From NCBI RefSeq assembly GCF_006345805.1, contig NC_042999.1, forward strand, positions 83,142,001 through 83,206,000: DNA of 64,000 nucleotides, given 5' to 3'. The first letter of the stretch is position 1, and every line of letters begins with the position of its first letter. The stretch is from Octopus sinensis (lineage: Eukaryota). The notes under the pieces are model-generated. The model was not told where the DNA came from, searched no databases, and saw only the letters and a program-made list of their open reading frames with translations. Below, in pieces: positions 24,986 through 39,398 of this stretch. Both the position numbers and the translations under genes were made by a program.

Positions 24986-27618
24986 TGAAGTATTATACGA
25001 ATTTTACCAACTGTTGCTTACCTATAAATACCATATAATTTCTCTGGATTTTCTTTTCTTTGCCTTGCATGGTCTGTTACTGTCTACTTTAGTTATCCGC
25101 CACCACAATCTGAATTGCCAGATAGTTTGACCGAGACAGTTGCATGAACCTTCCCCAGTCTGGTACACCAGTGACACTGCACAATTGTTCTAATGCAAAC
25201 ATTTTAAAACATAAGAAGAAAAAAAAAAGAAATACAATTAGCCTTTTATCTTTGAGAAAAATATAATTATTTGGGGTTTCTCTCTAAGTGTGTCCATGCT
25301 CTTACGTAAGCATGTTTGCAAATGTGTGCATCTGTTTAAATATCACAGCAACTCTAGTCTTAAGTGGACAATTAGCATTTCCACATATATACTTTTGATT
25401 ACCAGTAGCTTCAAACTTAACTCCCTCATTAAAGCAAAATTGAAAAAAAGAAAACATTGTGTGTAAGAGGATATGTGTGTGTATATATGCATGTGTGAAT
25501 AGTGTTTGTAATAAATATGCTATATATTTATGGTTGTTTGTGTGCATATAGAGAAAGAAGATGGATTGTTTTTCCTTGGTAGTGATTTGTTGTATGTAAG
25601 GACTTTGTTGTAGTTGTGTGTCCCATGCTGCTACTTAAGATAAGTTTGCCTCTGAAGAGTTTGTGACTGAAGTGTTTTGTAGAGGAAATGGAAATGGGAC
25701 TACTTGATAGTTGGCAATAAAACTAATTAACACACACTTGCATATAAATATGCGTATGTATATATTTATATATACAGTAGTCCAAATCTTCAGCTTATAT
25801 GTATATGTATACATATCATAAGCTGAAGATTTTCAATTATTTTACATTTCAGTTAAGGACAGTAGCATGACAGTATATAAGCAAAGATATTCATAAACAC
25901 ATCAAACAATGATGTGTGACTGAGACTTGATTAGTTCCCTTCAAACCATTGGCACATTCCTTACACAGTTATCGGTTTTTGAAAGCAAGGCAAGTGACTA
26001 GGGTTAATGAGATTTTAATTATAATGAAAAATTAAATGCATTTTTTTTTTTTTTGTATTTATTTAAACTAAACCTTCCTGCAAAATTTCAGGCGCTCTGA
26101 CTATAGTGTAAAGAATTACATTATGATATAGTGTAAAAATACTAAATTACTGTTATAAGGAAATTATGATACTATTCTGTTGTGTCTGGGGAGAGTCATT
26201 TTCTTTTTGTGCTTTATAATGTAACACACTCACCGGTAAAATTTCCACTTTTTTCTTATTTTTATTTTCCTAAAATTTTCGTTGCATCTTGCAACCTTTT
26301 CAATAGTCTTGACACTCCAAAAATGAAATGTGATACTATTGTAAGATTAAATTCTATTGGAGTTTTCTTTCTCTTATTTCATGGGGTGAGTCGAGGGGCA
26401 TTGGATTTTTTAAAACTAAAACAACCAATCAATAAACTGTGCTGCTCTGCCTTACAAGTAATGTTGGACTAATCATAAAAATAGACTTTATTTATTATTC
26501 ATCCTCATATAGCTTTAATATGGTTGACTGACTTTTATGAGGTGGGTGGCTAGAACTTGTAAATGAAGTCAATCTAAAACACATTCCATTATTTTTAACT
26601 TCTTTCAGCTTTTGAGTTTAGACCTTGCTTAGGCTGACTTAAGCATTAATTCATCAAAGTCAATAAAATAACTGCAGTTTCTGTGCTTGGTGTAAGTTCA
26701 GTCCTGTATTTCTCTCCAAGCTCATGTGTCACATACATTGCCAGTATAAGACCCCATTATTTCATGCTGTTCTTCTTAGTATTTTCAAATCCTACTGAGA
26801 TTAACTTCTCTTTCCATTGTGGGAAGAAATATATCACTAATCTCTTGTTGGGTTGTCCAATAACTGGGTAGGCCTGACACATCATTGTTACCACCACCAT
26901 CACCAAAACCTATTCATTTGGCTCTCTTGAACGGTCTTCATTCTTGTTACTAGCATTCGGACATTAACCTTTGTGTTCAGCATTGATCACATCAATCACT
27001 CAGTCTGAAAAAAAAAATAATAAAAAGTTGCAAAAGTTGTGGGCACTGCCTTTCGTTTTATGAATAACAGAAAAAAAGAGAAACCCTTTCACTTCATCCA
27101 TTAGAAAAGGTGACACTAAGAGAGAAGACAAGAGAAAGACAGAAAGGGAGAGAGAGAGAGAGAAGGCAGTGAGTGAGAGACAACATGGGAGGACAAAAGA
27201 AATATGTATGTATGGATGGATGGATAGATGGGTGGGTGAGTAGATGGATGGAAGGATGGATAGATGAACTTTGTATTGATGTAAAAAATTTTATGTATTA
27301 ATGAAAATGTAGATAAATATTAATCACTGTGCACTTTCATCACCTTCAGCTGGGATTCATCATCATATATATATTTGAGTCAGAAAACAGAGAAATCTAT
27401 CAATTAGATCCATTTTCTAACTTGATAATGTTTGATATTTTACAATATTTTATTTAATATATTAAACCAGTGTATCTTGGATAAATATCCCTATAAGCGG
27501 TTTAAATATCCTCATTGTGACTATGTGTGTGTGTGTCTCTATCTGTCTGCGTATGTATATGTGTATATATATATATATTATATATATATATATATATGAA
27601 TATATATATATATATTAT

Positions 27619-27654
<36 letters not shown>

Positions 27655-28201
27655 ACTGTGTATAAATAGATAGATAGATAGATATATAATTATATATATA
27701 AAATACCTCCTTTCTTTATTTCTGTCTGCTTGGTTCTGCCTTTAATTACAGGTGCTTCACCCAAGAATGCACTGACCTGTTTCTCACCTGCAATCAATGT
27801 GAGGTGACTCAAAATCTGTATAAAAATATTCTAAAGGCAGCACATGATCTCTTACCTTTGTAGTGGTGGCAGCAGTAGTAATTGTGCTTGTTGTAGCTGT
27901 CCTTGTGTGTTTGTGGCAGGGTTTTACTGAACAGCACATGGTTAATTAAACCTACTACAGTCTGTTACAAGGAAATGGCAGCAGTAAAATGTAAATATGG
28001 GAGACATGGCGACTGTGATGCTAAGTTGCATGACTACTGACTACCAGGTCATCAGTTTACAGTTTACGCACACATAATATACACATGCATGTGTACGCTT
28101 GCCACACACACATACATGCACTTGGTACTAAGATAATACAGGGCTGTATAGGGTCCATTATAATTAAACCCAGTGAGGGTTTTTTTTTTTTTTTTTTTCA
28201 C

Positions 28202-28625
28202 TAAAAGGTGCAGGCATGACTGTGGTAAGAAACTTGCTTCCCAACCACAAGATTCCATGTTCAGTTCCACTTCGTGGTACCTTGGGTAAGTGTCTTCTAC
28301 TATAGCCTCGGACCTACCAAAGCCTCATCGGTCTATTTGGTAGACAGAAACTGAAAGAAGCCCATCATATATATATATAGATATATATTTATATAGTTAT
28401 ATATTTATGTCTGTTTGTCCCCCCACCTCCACGATCACTTGACAACTGATGTTGGTGTGTTTACATCCCTGTAACTTAGCGGTTTTGCAAAAGAGACCAA
28501 TAAAATAAGTAATTAGGCTTATAAAGAATAAGTCCTGGAGTTGATTTCTTCAACTAAAACACTTTAAGGCAGTGAACCAGCATGGCAGCAGTCAAATGAT
28601 GGAAACGTGTAAACGAGTAAAAGAA
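28202..28625 (+). mobile_element. SINE family B (CORE-like), near full length
   Basis: Head, CCTTGGGTAAGTGTCTTC, internal (TA)n, 3' AAGAATAAGTCCTGG block. Confidence 0.8.
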
Positions 28626-28879
28626 AACTGCCCACAAAATATGTGGGTGGCAACATAAACCTAAAGAATAAAAGAGAGAGGGATGGAGAGAGAGAGATGA
28701 TGGTGGTGGTGGGCATGGTTGTTGACTCTGATACACTCTGAAAGTAAATACTTAAGTGCTGTGTAATAGGACTGAACCCAAAACTATATAGATGAGATGC
28801 TACCTTCTTACCACACAGCTGTGTTTATACGTATTATGTATGTGCATAACTGCCACCCATGCTGGTAGCACGTATAAAG

Positions 28880-29040
28880 CACTCGTTACACTCTTGGAGT
28901 GGTTGGCATTAGGAAAGGCATCCAGCCATAGAAGCCATGCCAAATTAGACTGGAACCTGGTGCAGCTCCCCAGCTTACCAGTTTTCAGTCAAATTATCCA
29001 GCATGTGCCAGCTTGGATGTTAAATGATGACAACGATGTA
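28880..29040 (+). mobile_element. RTE-type LINE 3' end, diverged
   Basis: GTGGTTGGCATTAGGAAAGGCATCCAGCC...GTTAAATGATG. Confidence 0.6.
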
Positions 29041-29914
29041 CAGTCAAGCATATTTCTTATTCGTTATTTATCACCATTAAAAAAAAAAATTAGCTCGCTT
29101 AATTATTAATATTCCATTTCATACCCTCATCTCTAAGTTTACGCATCCTCTCTTTTATCAATATTCTCCAAGCTTAAATGCCTATTTCTCTTACACTATT
29201 GTATTTTCCTACTTCATCTTTTAATATCCTCCGGTTTAATGAATACTATTATTTAGTCTTTTCTCTTAATTTTTTGTTCTTCTGACCAAACAGATTTAAT
29301 ATTCTTTCAAACACCTAAAGGTCTTTCTTTCAATCACAGTTTAGTAAATGCTGTTACACCATCACTTTTTCTAACTTTTCCTACTCAAACTCATTTAACT
29401 GCATTCTTCCGACATCGAAGAAGTCCTTCTCCTCTTTTCTATAAAATTCTTCTTTACTTAAGCTACATCTTAATACCCTTAGTTTAACAAATGCCATAAT
29501 ATTACCAGTTAACCTAATTTGGCTTTTTCTGAGCTCATACCATGATAAGCTAAACTAATTTAATAACCTTCTTCCCATATCTAAAGTCTCCTTTCTCATT
29601 TCTTGGTAAATTTACACTTTCATAGTCACTTTTTTCCTAATCTGTTTTTCTACCGCTTAATCCACTCTGGAGTACAATAGCTTTATAATAACTTTATAAT
29701 AATATCAAAAGTGTTCTAAACTCATTTCTTCTAACTTCACAACTTTTCATTAACTTAAGTTTTATGATCTGCAGCTACATTTAAACCTTTGCCATCACAT
29801 ACTGTATGTCTTATACTTGATCTTAACCATAAGCTTTGGGGATTTATTCATGCGTACATAACCCTAGAAATATTTTGCAGTTGAACTGTTTTATACAATA
29901 ACTATGTAAGTATT

Positions 29915-30120
29915 TACATCAGCCATATCTGGCTCAATTATTTCACCTGTTTTATGTTCAATTCAGTAAGATCTGCCTTCTCACACTCGCCCTGCAATGT
30001 CATTCTAAAAATATATAATCCCATCACCGAAATCTCAAAACTGAGATAATGTGTGATTAATTCAAAGCAGTGTAAATAAATAAACATTACATTTGACAAA
30101 CTAATCTGAATTCTAAAGGG
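29915..30120. mobile_element. piggyBac-like MITE type 2, left end eroded
   Basis: Homologous to 17728-17938; ends TCTAAAGGG|TTAA. Confidence 0.65.
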
Positions 30121-30165
30121 TTAAATCTCATCATTCAACCAAAATGCTGTTTTTGTTCTACTTAA

Positions 30166-30385
30166 CCCTTTCCTTACAAACCCAGCTGAAACCGGCTCTG
30201 GCTCTGAGTACAAATGTCTTGTTTTCATAAGTTTTCAATTAAAATCTTCCACTGAACTTAAGTCACAATTTATGTTCCTAACACTAACTGAATGATAACT
30301 AAGTTATTTTACTAAATTCTTTGTAATATTTAAAGTAATTGAAAGAAACTCAGAGCATCTCAAAATAAATACAGTAACGAAAGGG
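30166..30385. mobile_element. piggyBac-like MITE type 1, intact (220 bp)
   Basis: TTAA|CCCTTTC ... GAAAGGG|TTAA, perfect TTAA on both sides. Confidence 0.9.
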
Positions 30386-31224
30386 TTAAATTCAGTTACT
30401 TAATCAACTTAGTTACCATTAGATTTATAATAATATAGAATCTAATGGTCCTAGTTTCAAGCCTTGCTCAACCTACTCTCAAAAGCTACTCCCCTCTTTG
30501 TCTCTGTCTCTTCTTTTCTTTTCTTTTTTTTTTGTTAACATGCATATAAGTGACCCCATGGTACATATTTCTCTAAACCTCTGAAGATTTCAAACTATGA
30601 ATGAAACACATTTGTAAGATGTTAATGCTAAGAGAATTTTATAAACTTTCAAGATGACATGAAATAAGTCTCTTTTTGGAATATTGACTCTTCAAGTACA
30701 CTACATAAAGCTATAAACAATAGCACATAAATATACTGGGTTGAAGAACCCCTTTCGGATGGAAAAAGTTGAAGGCTGCCCTGTCTTATGCACAAAAGAT
30801 GCTGGTTCAAATTTTGTAATCAAAAGGGTTTCTCAATCCAACATTTTTAGTCTAGATTTGTCTGTCTACATTCCGAGTTCAAATTCCACCAAAACTGAAT
30901 TTGCCTTTCACTCTTTTGAGATTGACAAATTAAGTACCAGTCATTTAGTGGGATTAGTGTTATCAGCTTACCCATCTCCTTAAAAAAAAAAAAAAAGATT
31001 TAGAAGAAAAACTGCTGGTCCTGTGCCAAAAGATGAAACCATTATTCATGGCTATACATTTATAAGATGTTTTTTAGACATAAAGATCAAATACTGTTCT
31101 TCCCCCTTATAGAGTTCTTTCTTTGTTTCCTTGTTATTATGAATAAAGCATATCCTAAGATGTGTGTGTGTATACATATATAATGTGTGTGAGTATGTAT
31201 ATATATATGATAGATCGGTAGCCA

Positions 31225-31395
31225 CTACACACATTTTTTTTCTCTCCTTGTTTTTTCTGTGTCCCTTTCTGTAGAAGAGCGTAGGCTCGAAACGTAAAAG
31301 ACTTTATCTATTCCTGAGCGTTATACTAATACATCTGTTTGTTTTGTACGCCACCTGTCTTCGTCTTTTGTTTTTTTCATGAACTCTCCCCCTAT
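31225..31395 (+). mobile_element. PLE-type short repeat carrying a degenerate hammerhead motif (about 31261-31302)
   Basis: CTGTAGAA-GAGC(GTAG)GCTC-GAAA-CGT-A-AAAGAC; A6 replaced by T. Confidence 0.6.
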
Positions 31396-32459
31396 ACATA
31401 TATATATATATATACACACACACAAACACACACTTGCACACATGGACACTGTCCGATGTGTGTCAATATCTTTGTGGGTCAAATATTCATGTATTCCTTT
31501 GAGCGTATGTGTGCATACATCTGTGTATGCTTGTGTTTTACACTATATGAGGAAATGATACTGTATGCTGGTATTCTAATACACTTTCAGAGAGGCCTTA
31601 TATCTACACATCCTGTATATGTGTGTGTGTGTGTGTGTGCATCAATATGTTTTATGCATGTATCTGTGTTCTCGTATGTAGCACATAACCACATACATTC
31701 GTGCATTTTTCCCAGCACGTACATACATACACAGACACACATTCACACACACACATACAGATTTACACACATATGTGTGCATGTCTTGCTAATGTGTTCT
31801 ATGCATGCATGTATGTCTTTATTCAACACATAAACACATACATTCTCCACACGCACTTATACTCCACATGCACGCACACACACACGCACACAGATGTATG
31901 CATGCATACAGAAAATGCCTGCAATCTATTTTCATTTCCACCTTCTTCTGCGATTGCCTCTAGCAAAGTCATGCAATGAAGATGTAGGTAACAGCAAATA
32001 AGACATGCACAACACACACATACACACGCGCGTGCATACACGCATCAACAAATCAACCGCTATAATAATCTTTGACAATATATTTTGTCATTTCTCATTT
32101 GTATTTTAATTTTCTTTGTTTTGTTTCGCTTTTTGTTTCCTTTTCTTTTTTCTCTTTTACTATCTTTTCTCATATACATGTGGAATATTTGTTATTCATC
32201 AGTGAAGTTTACGCTGTCATATTGTTCTTGTAAGCATTGTTGCTGTGGCTGCTGCTGCTGCTGCTGTTGTTGTTGTTGTTGTTGTTGATGTGATTGTTAT
32301 CAATGTTAACTTTTACTTGTTCTTTTCTTTTTGATTTTGTGCTCTTCTTTTTGTTACTTTGTTACTTTTTTTATTTATGTTTTTCTTTGCTATTCTTGAA
32401 TGATTCACCAATTGCTGCATGACTTATCTCTTGGTTTTACGTGTGTGTATGTGTAAATG

Positions 32460-34880
<2,421 letters not shown>

Positions 34881-36062
34881 CTGTGCCTATACATACACAT
34901 ACCTGTTTCGGTATTGTGGCGGTATGTATGTATCTGTTTATCTAACTACCTTTGTGTATGTGTCTGTACATAAATGCATGTACATATGTGTGTGTGTGTG
35001 TGTATGTTCCATTTGTAGGCCTATATCTATATTTAATCCCCCCCCTCTATCATTCTGCTTTTCATATTTTTTTGCTCATATTCTTTATTTGTAATTCTAA
35101 CCCAGTATTTGTGTGTGTGTGAGCATGCATATATAAATAATCAGAGTAAGACATTTATGAAGAGTAATACCTGTCTGTCTGTATGTCTGTCCGTGTCTGT
35201 TTGTCACTTGCAACCCACATATTTTGTATCCACAATCACAGACCACATTTTTCAAATAATCATCATTCAATCACATTCATAATACATATGATACTCTCCT
35301 CCACACTCTCCCCTCATCATCTCTCCCCATTCTAATACTCCTAAAGAATTTGCCAATTATATTCTTAAAACAAAAGAATGCATTCATTAAGGCAACGACC
35401 CTCCTCCACTACAAAAAATGATAAACGCGAAAATAACACATACAAAAATCAATATCAAAACCATGATACAAATTGTAAAACAGTATCAAAATAACCCAAA
35501 ACCTAATTGCTTTTAACCTAAATATTTCAATATGGCTGTTAAAAGATGGCAGTATCTTTGAAAGTTGACAAAAGATGGACCAATTTTTGTACAAAATGTG
35601 TTGGGAGATTGACAAATAATTTGAATAATTGAACGAATTCTTTTATTCATTTTCTTGAATTACGAAAAAAAAAATGTTTGTTATGGTTTGGATTTGTGGA
35701 GGTAATGATTTTTCTTTTCTTTGTGTGCAGAGAGAGAGAGAGAGAGATGTAGTGAGGTGAGTGGGAAAGAGAACACAATGGCAAGCGTATGCATAGAGAG
35801 AATTTTCTTACTCTTTTGTTCTTATCTTTAATTGAACAATTGGTATAATTTTCTGTTTTAGTAAAATTATTGCTGTGCTTTTGTTTTCTTTATCCTACCC
35901 AGTCATCATTCCCAATCCTCTAGACCACTTCTGTTATATTCATCTTTCTGTAACTTGAGGGCATGCCCTGGCATGTCTTCACTATTTTCTCTTGTTTCCA
36001 ACTGAGGTAGCAATGTATCTCCTCTCATCACATAAAGCCACCTCTCTCAATACCCCAATTAC

Positions 36063-36230
36063 CTCAACCTAGGCCTCCATATCTACGGCGTTCACCGCTG
36101 AAATAAGGAATGGTTGGAGATCATGCGGTCGTTAGCCTCCAATCGCCAGGTCTGGTCGGCGTTTGTGAGAGATGCTGCACTGAGGAGGAATGAAGCCAGC
36201 TCAACCCACCCCGGGTGAATGCTGTCTCAA
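36063..36230 (+). pseudogene. RTE-clade LINE C-terminal fossil (resembles Schistosoma SR2-type end)
   Basis: LNLGLHIYGVHR*NKEWLEIMRSLASNRQVWSAFVRDAALRRNEASSTHPG* (36063-36218); subfamily from recollection. Confidence 0.6.
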
Positions 36231-37175
36231 GAAGAAAAAATACTTCAAAAGGGGTCTTGTTTCGCAAGTTACTTGACCTCACTGGTGCTGGTGCCATGTA
36301 AAAAAAAAAAATACCTGGGTGCACTCTGTAAAGTGGTTGGTGTTAGAAAGGGAATGCAACTGAAGAAACCCATGTCGATTTGATGTAGCCCACTGGCTCA
36401 CCAGCTCCTTTCAAACCCACCGAACAATGTCACTACAGAAAATGGATGTTAAATGGTGATGATTATGCTGCTATATATGTTTTTGTATGTCATCATGTCA
36501 TCGTTTTATATCTGGTCTTATGTGTTGGGTCAGTTGCCTGGGTTGCCACTGTCTGTGGCAATTCTTATATCATCATCATCGTTTAACATCCGTTCTCCAT
36601 GCTAGCATGGGTTAAAGTTACCAAACAAAAACACGTGCACACATACACACACAGATGATGGGCTTCTTTCACAGGGTTATGGTCAACTTTAGGCTATGGT
36701 TGGCATTAGGAGGGACATCCGACAATAGAAACCATGGCATATCAGATTGGAACCTGGTGCACCTCCCTGGCTTACCAGTTCTCTATCAAACCATCCAATC
36801 CATGCCAGCATGGAAAACAGAATTAAATGATGATGATGGTGGTGGTGGTGGTGGTGGTGGTGGTGGTGGTGGCAGTGGCGGCTTGCTCAAGGTGCCACAC
36901 AGTTGGGCTAAACTCAGAGCCATGTGGTTGGGAAGTAGACTTCTTAACCACACAACCACTCTTTCTCACAGTTCCCATCTCCCAAATTTACTATGTATCG
37001 GTCAACCTGACTTTAAGTAAGAGGACACTTGCTCGTGGTATGATGCTGTGTGATGCAAACCTAACTTCTCAACTACAAAAACATGCTTATTTATGTTATT
37101 TTATTAGTTATGAAAATAATCAAAGATGCAGAGGGCTTTACAGACATCGTCTGACATTCAACAGATTCTCTGTGT

Positions 37176-37213
<38 letters not shown>

Positions 37214-37422
37214 ATGCTTGAGTACTTGTCTGAGTGTGTGTGTTCTTTTGGTCTTTATCTATCTAGGCCTTCAGTTTCTGTTTATAATAGCTTCTTGAAG
37301 GTCAAATAATCAGGGAGTTAGGACTGGCATGTGTGCGCAGGCAGGCATGCAGATGTACAAAACTCTGTGTGTATCTGTGTGCGTGTACACACACATGTAC
37401 ACATACATACACCCAGTACATA

Positions 37423-37469
<47 letters not shown>

Positions 37470-37626
37470 GCACACACATACATACATATATGCATACACA
37501 CATATGAAGATATATATGAATGTGAATGAAACTAGATATGCATATGAATGCAAGTATATATAAATATATATATGAAAAAACAAGTCAAGATAGAAAATGC
37601 TAAAATAATTTTATTAAAGAACATTT

Positions 37627-37664
37627 CAGTACCGGTTTCAGTCATTTTGAGACCTTTTCAACTG
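37627..37664 (-). ncRNA. Minimal type-I hammerhead ribozyme motif with U3-A8 covariation
   Basis: Minus: CAG-TTGAAAA-GGTC(TCAAAAT)GACT-GAAA-CCGG-TA-CTG; palindrome ACCGGT; AATAAA about 11 nt downstream. Confidence 0.6.
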
Positions 37665-37830
37665 TAACGATTAAATAATTAAATTGAGAAAAATTAAAAG
37701 AAAAGTTTTTTTAAAAGAATTTGTATAGTGTTCAAATATAAGTGGCATTTTCCTTGTTTCTGCCTTTCTCTGTCTCTCTTGTTTACACTTGTGGGTTCGA
37801 GTCGTTGTAAATAAATATATAATATATATA

Positions 37831-37875
<45 letters not shown>

Positions 37876-37925
37876 TGATTGAAGAAATGGAGCTGAACGC
37901 AGATTGAACAGAAATCGTTTTATTT

Positions 37926-38007
37926 CATTCTACACGTGTTTCGAAAGGCACAAATTACCAAAATTACCAAAATGGGACCATATTGTGTCTTTCTCTTCAG
38001 GAAGAAA
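37926..38007 (-). ncRNA. Type-I hammerhead ribozyme motif with canonical core
   Basis: Minus: TTC-CTGAAGA-GAAAGACACAA(29 nt)TTGTGCCTTTC-GAAA-CACGTG-TA-GAA; helix II 10/11 bp; palindrome ACACGTGT; AATAAA downstream. Confidence 0.8.
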
Positions 38008-38133
38008 AAAGGAAATCCGTTGGAAAAACAAAAACAGAACAGAGGCGGAGCAAAAACAAATCGAACTATGCTCCTAAGAGCCCATGGCGAAATATTATTT
38101 CACATAATATATATATATATATATATGTATATT

Positions 38134-38342
38134 TAAGTCTTTATTGCCCACAAAGGGTTAAACATAGAGGGGACAAACAAGGACAGACAAAGGGACTAAG
38201 TCGATTACATCAACCCCAATGCTTAACTGGTACTTATTTAATCGACTCCGAAAGGATGAAAGGCAAAGTCAACCTTGGCGGAATTTGAACTCAGAGCATA
38301 GCAGCAGAGGAAATACCGTTAAGCATTTCACCTGGTGTGCTT
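38134..38342 (-). mobile_element. SINE family A (tail A)
   Basis: Reverse complement of the 8692-8923 family. Confidence 0.85.
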
Positions 38343-38820
38343 CTTAACTATAAATATATAGTTAAGAAGCTAGGGTTAAGAAACTTGTTTTGAAACCATG
38401 TGGTTTTAGGTTCAGTCCTGCTGTATGGTATCTTGGAGAAGTGTCCTTCCATGCTGGCATGGGTTGGACGGTTTGACTGAGGACAGGCAAGCCAGGAGGC
38501 TGCACCAGATTCCAATCTGGTCTGGCAAGATCTGGATGCCCTTCCTAATGCCTATATTATATATATTTCGTTTAAGCTTTGCAATACTAACAACCTCATG
38601 TAGAACTCAATATACATATGCTTTAGAATGAAGTGTTAGTCAAACACAGGGTGGTAATATGAAAAATGAGATGACAAAGAAATAAACAACTATCATGTGA
38701 GCTTCATTAGCTGCATGTTGTAGCAGAAACAGCTGTAAGCTTATGAGGTTCATAAGATAATTGTTTGCTTGTGCATATGTATGTATAAATGGGTTTATAT
38801 ATGTAATATATATATATATA

Positions 38821-39073
38821 CTGTGTTTGGTGCATAATTATTGCAGCTTTTTCTCAACAAATTTTATTCAACAAAAAACAATAACAATATTTAACAAAAA
38901 CATCCTTCAATGACAGTCTGACCGTCTGCCAAGCAAATGGGAAACAGTAATTGAAGTAGATGGTGAATATGCTCCGGAATAATCATTTAAAGATGTTTTT
39001 GTTACATGTTGTTATTGTTTTAGTTGAATAAGATTTGCTGAAAAAAAGCCGCAATAATTATGCACCAACCCAA
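38821..39073 (+). mobile_element. Internally deleted mariner-like element with both TIRs
   Basis: TIRs GTTTGGTGCATAATTATTGCAGCTTTTT / AAAAAAGCCGCAATAATTATGCACCAACC flanked by TA; residual DRLPSKWETVIEVDGEYAPE* resembles the mariner C-terminus. Confidence 0.85.
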
Positions 39074-39097
39074 TATATATACATATATGTATTTCGG

Positions 39098-39247
39098 AAT
39101 GGTTGCTGTTAGGAAGGGCATCCAGCTGTAGTAACTCTGCCAGACCAGATTGGAGCCCGGTGCAGCCTTCTGGCTTGCCAGTCTTCAGTCAAACCGTCCA
39201 ACCCATGCCAGCATGGAAAGCGGACGTTAAACGATGATGATGATGAT
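39098..39247 (+). mobile_element. RTE-type LINE 3' end, well conserved
   Basis: AAACCGTCCAACCCATGCCAGCATGGAAAGCGGACGTTAAACGATGATG. Confidence 0.8.
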
Positions 39248-39258
39248 AAAATTATAAT

Positions 39259-39398
39259 AAGGGCAACCACATTGTAGTGCCACATGCTAGATGATATTAA
39301 CCGACTCTAATTATCACAGACACTCTGTGATAAATAAAGTAGTTTTAAGTCATTTGACATCTTCTTCTAGCATGTGGCACTCAAATGTAGTTGCCCTT
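39259..39398. mobile_element. Fold-back MITE-like element, superfamily unknown
   Basis: About 33-bp imperfect terminal inverted repeats (AAGGGCAAC..AGTGCCACATGCTAGA); internal 10-bp perfect hairpin; ATAAT direct repeat on both flanks. Confidence 0.7.

Noticed and set aside
25651-25695. Other CUGANGA hits (also about 4701, 40078, 49791 minus, 59855)
   Set aside because: No correctly placed helix II, GAAA and NUH
29100-29870. Purine-rich minus strand suggesting a decayed L1/Tx1-like C-terminus
   Set aside because: Too many stops and no diagnostic motif; needs a translated search against a repeat protein library
30581-30616. CTGAAGA...GAAAC...GTA hammerhead-like string
   Set aside because: 10.1-11.1 pair is U.U, helix I is only 2 bp and helix III is not palindromic; consistent with chance
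35520-35600. AAGATGGC YY1-like motifs suggesting a promoter
   Set aside because: Short motifs only; no CpG enrichment or transcript evidence
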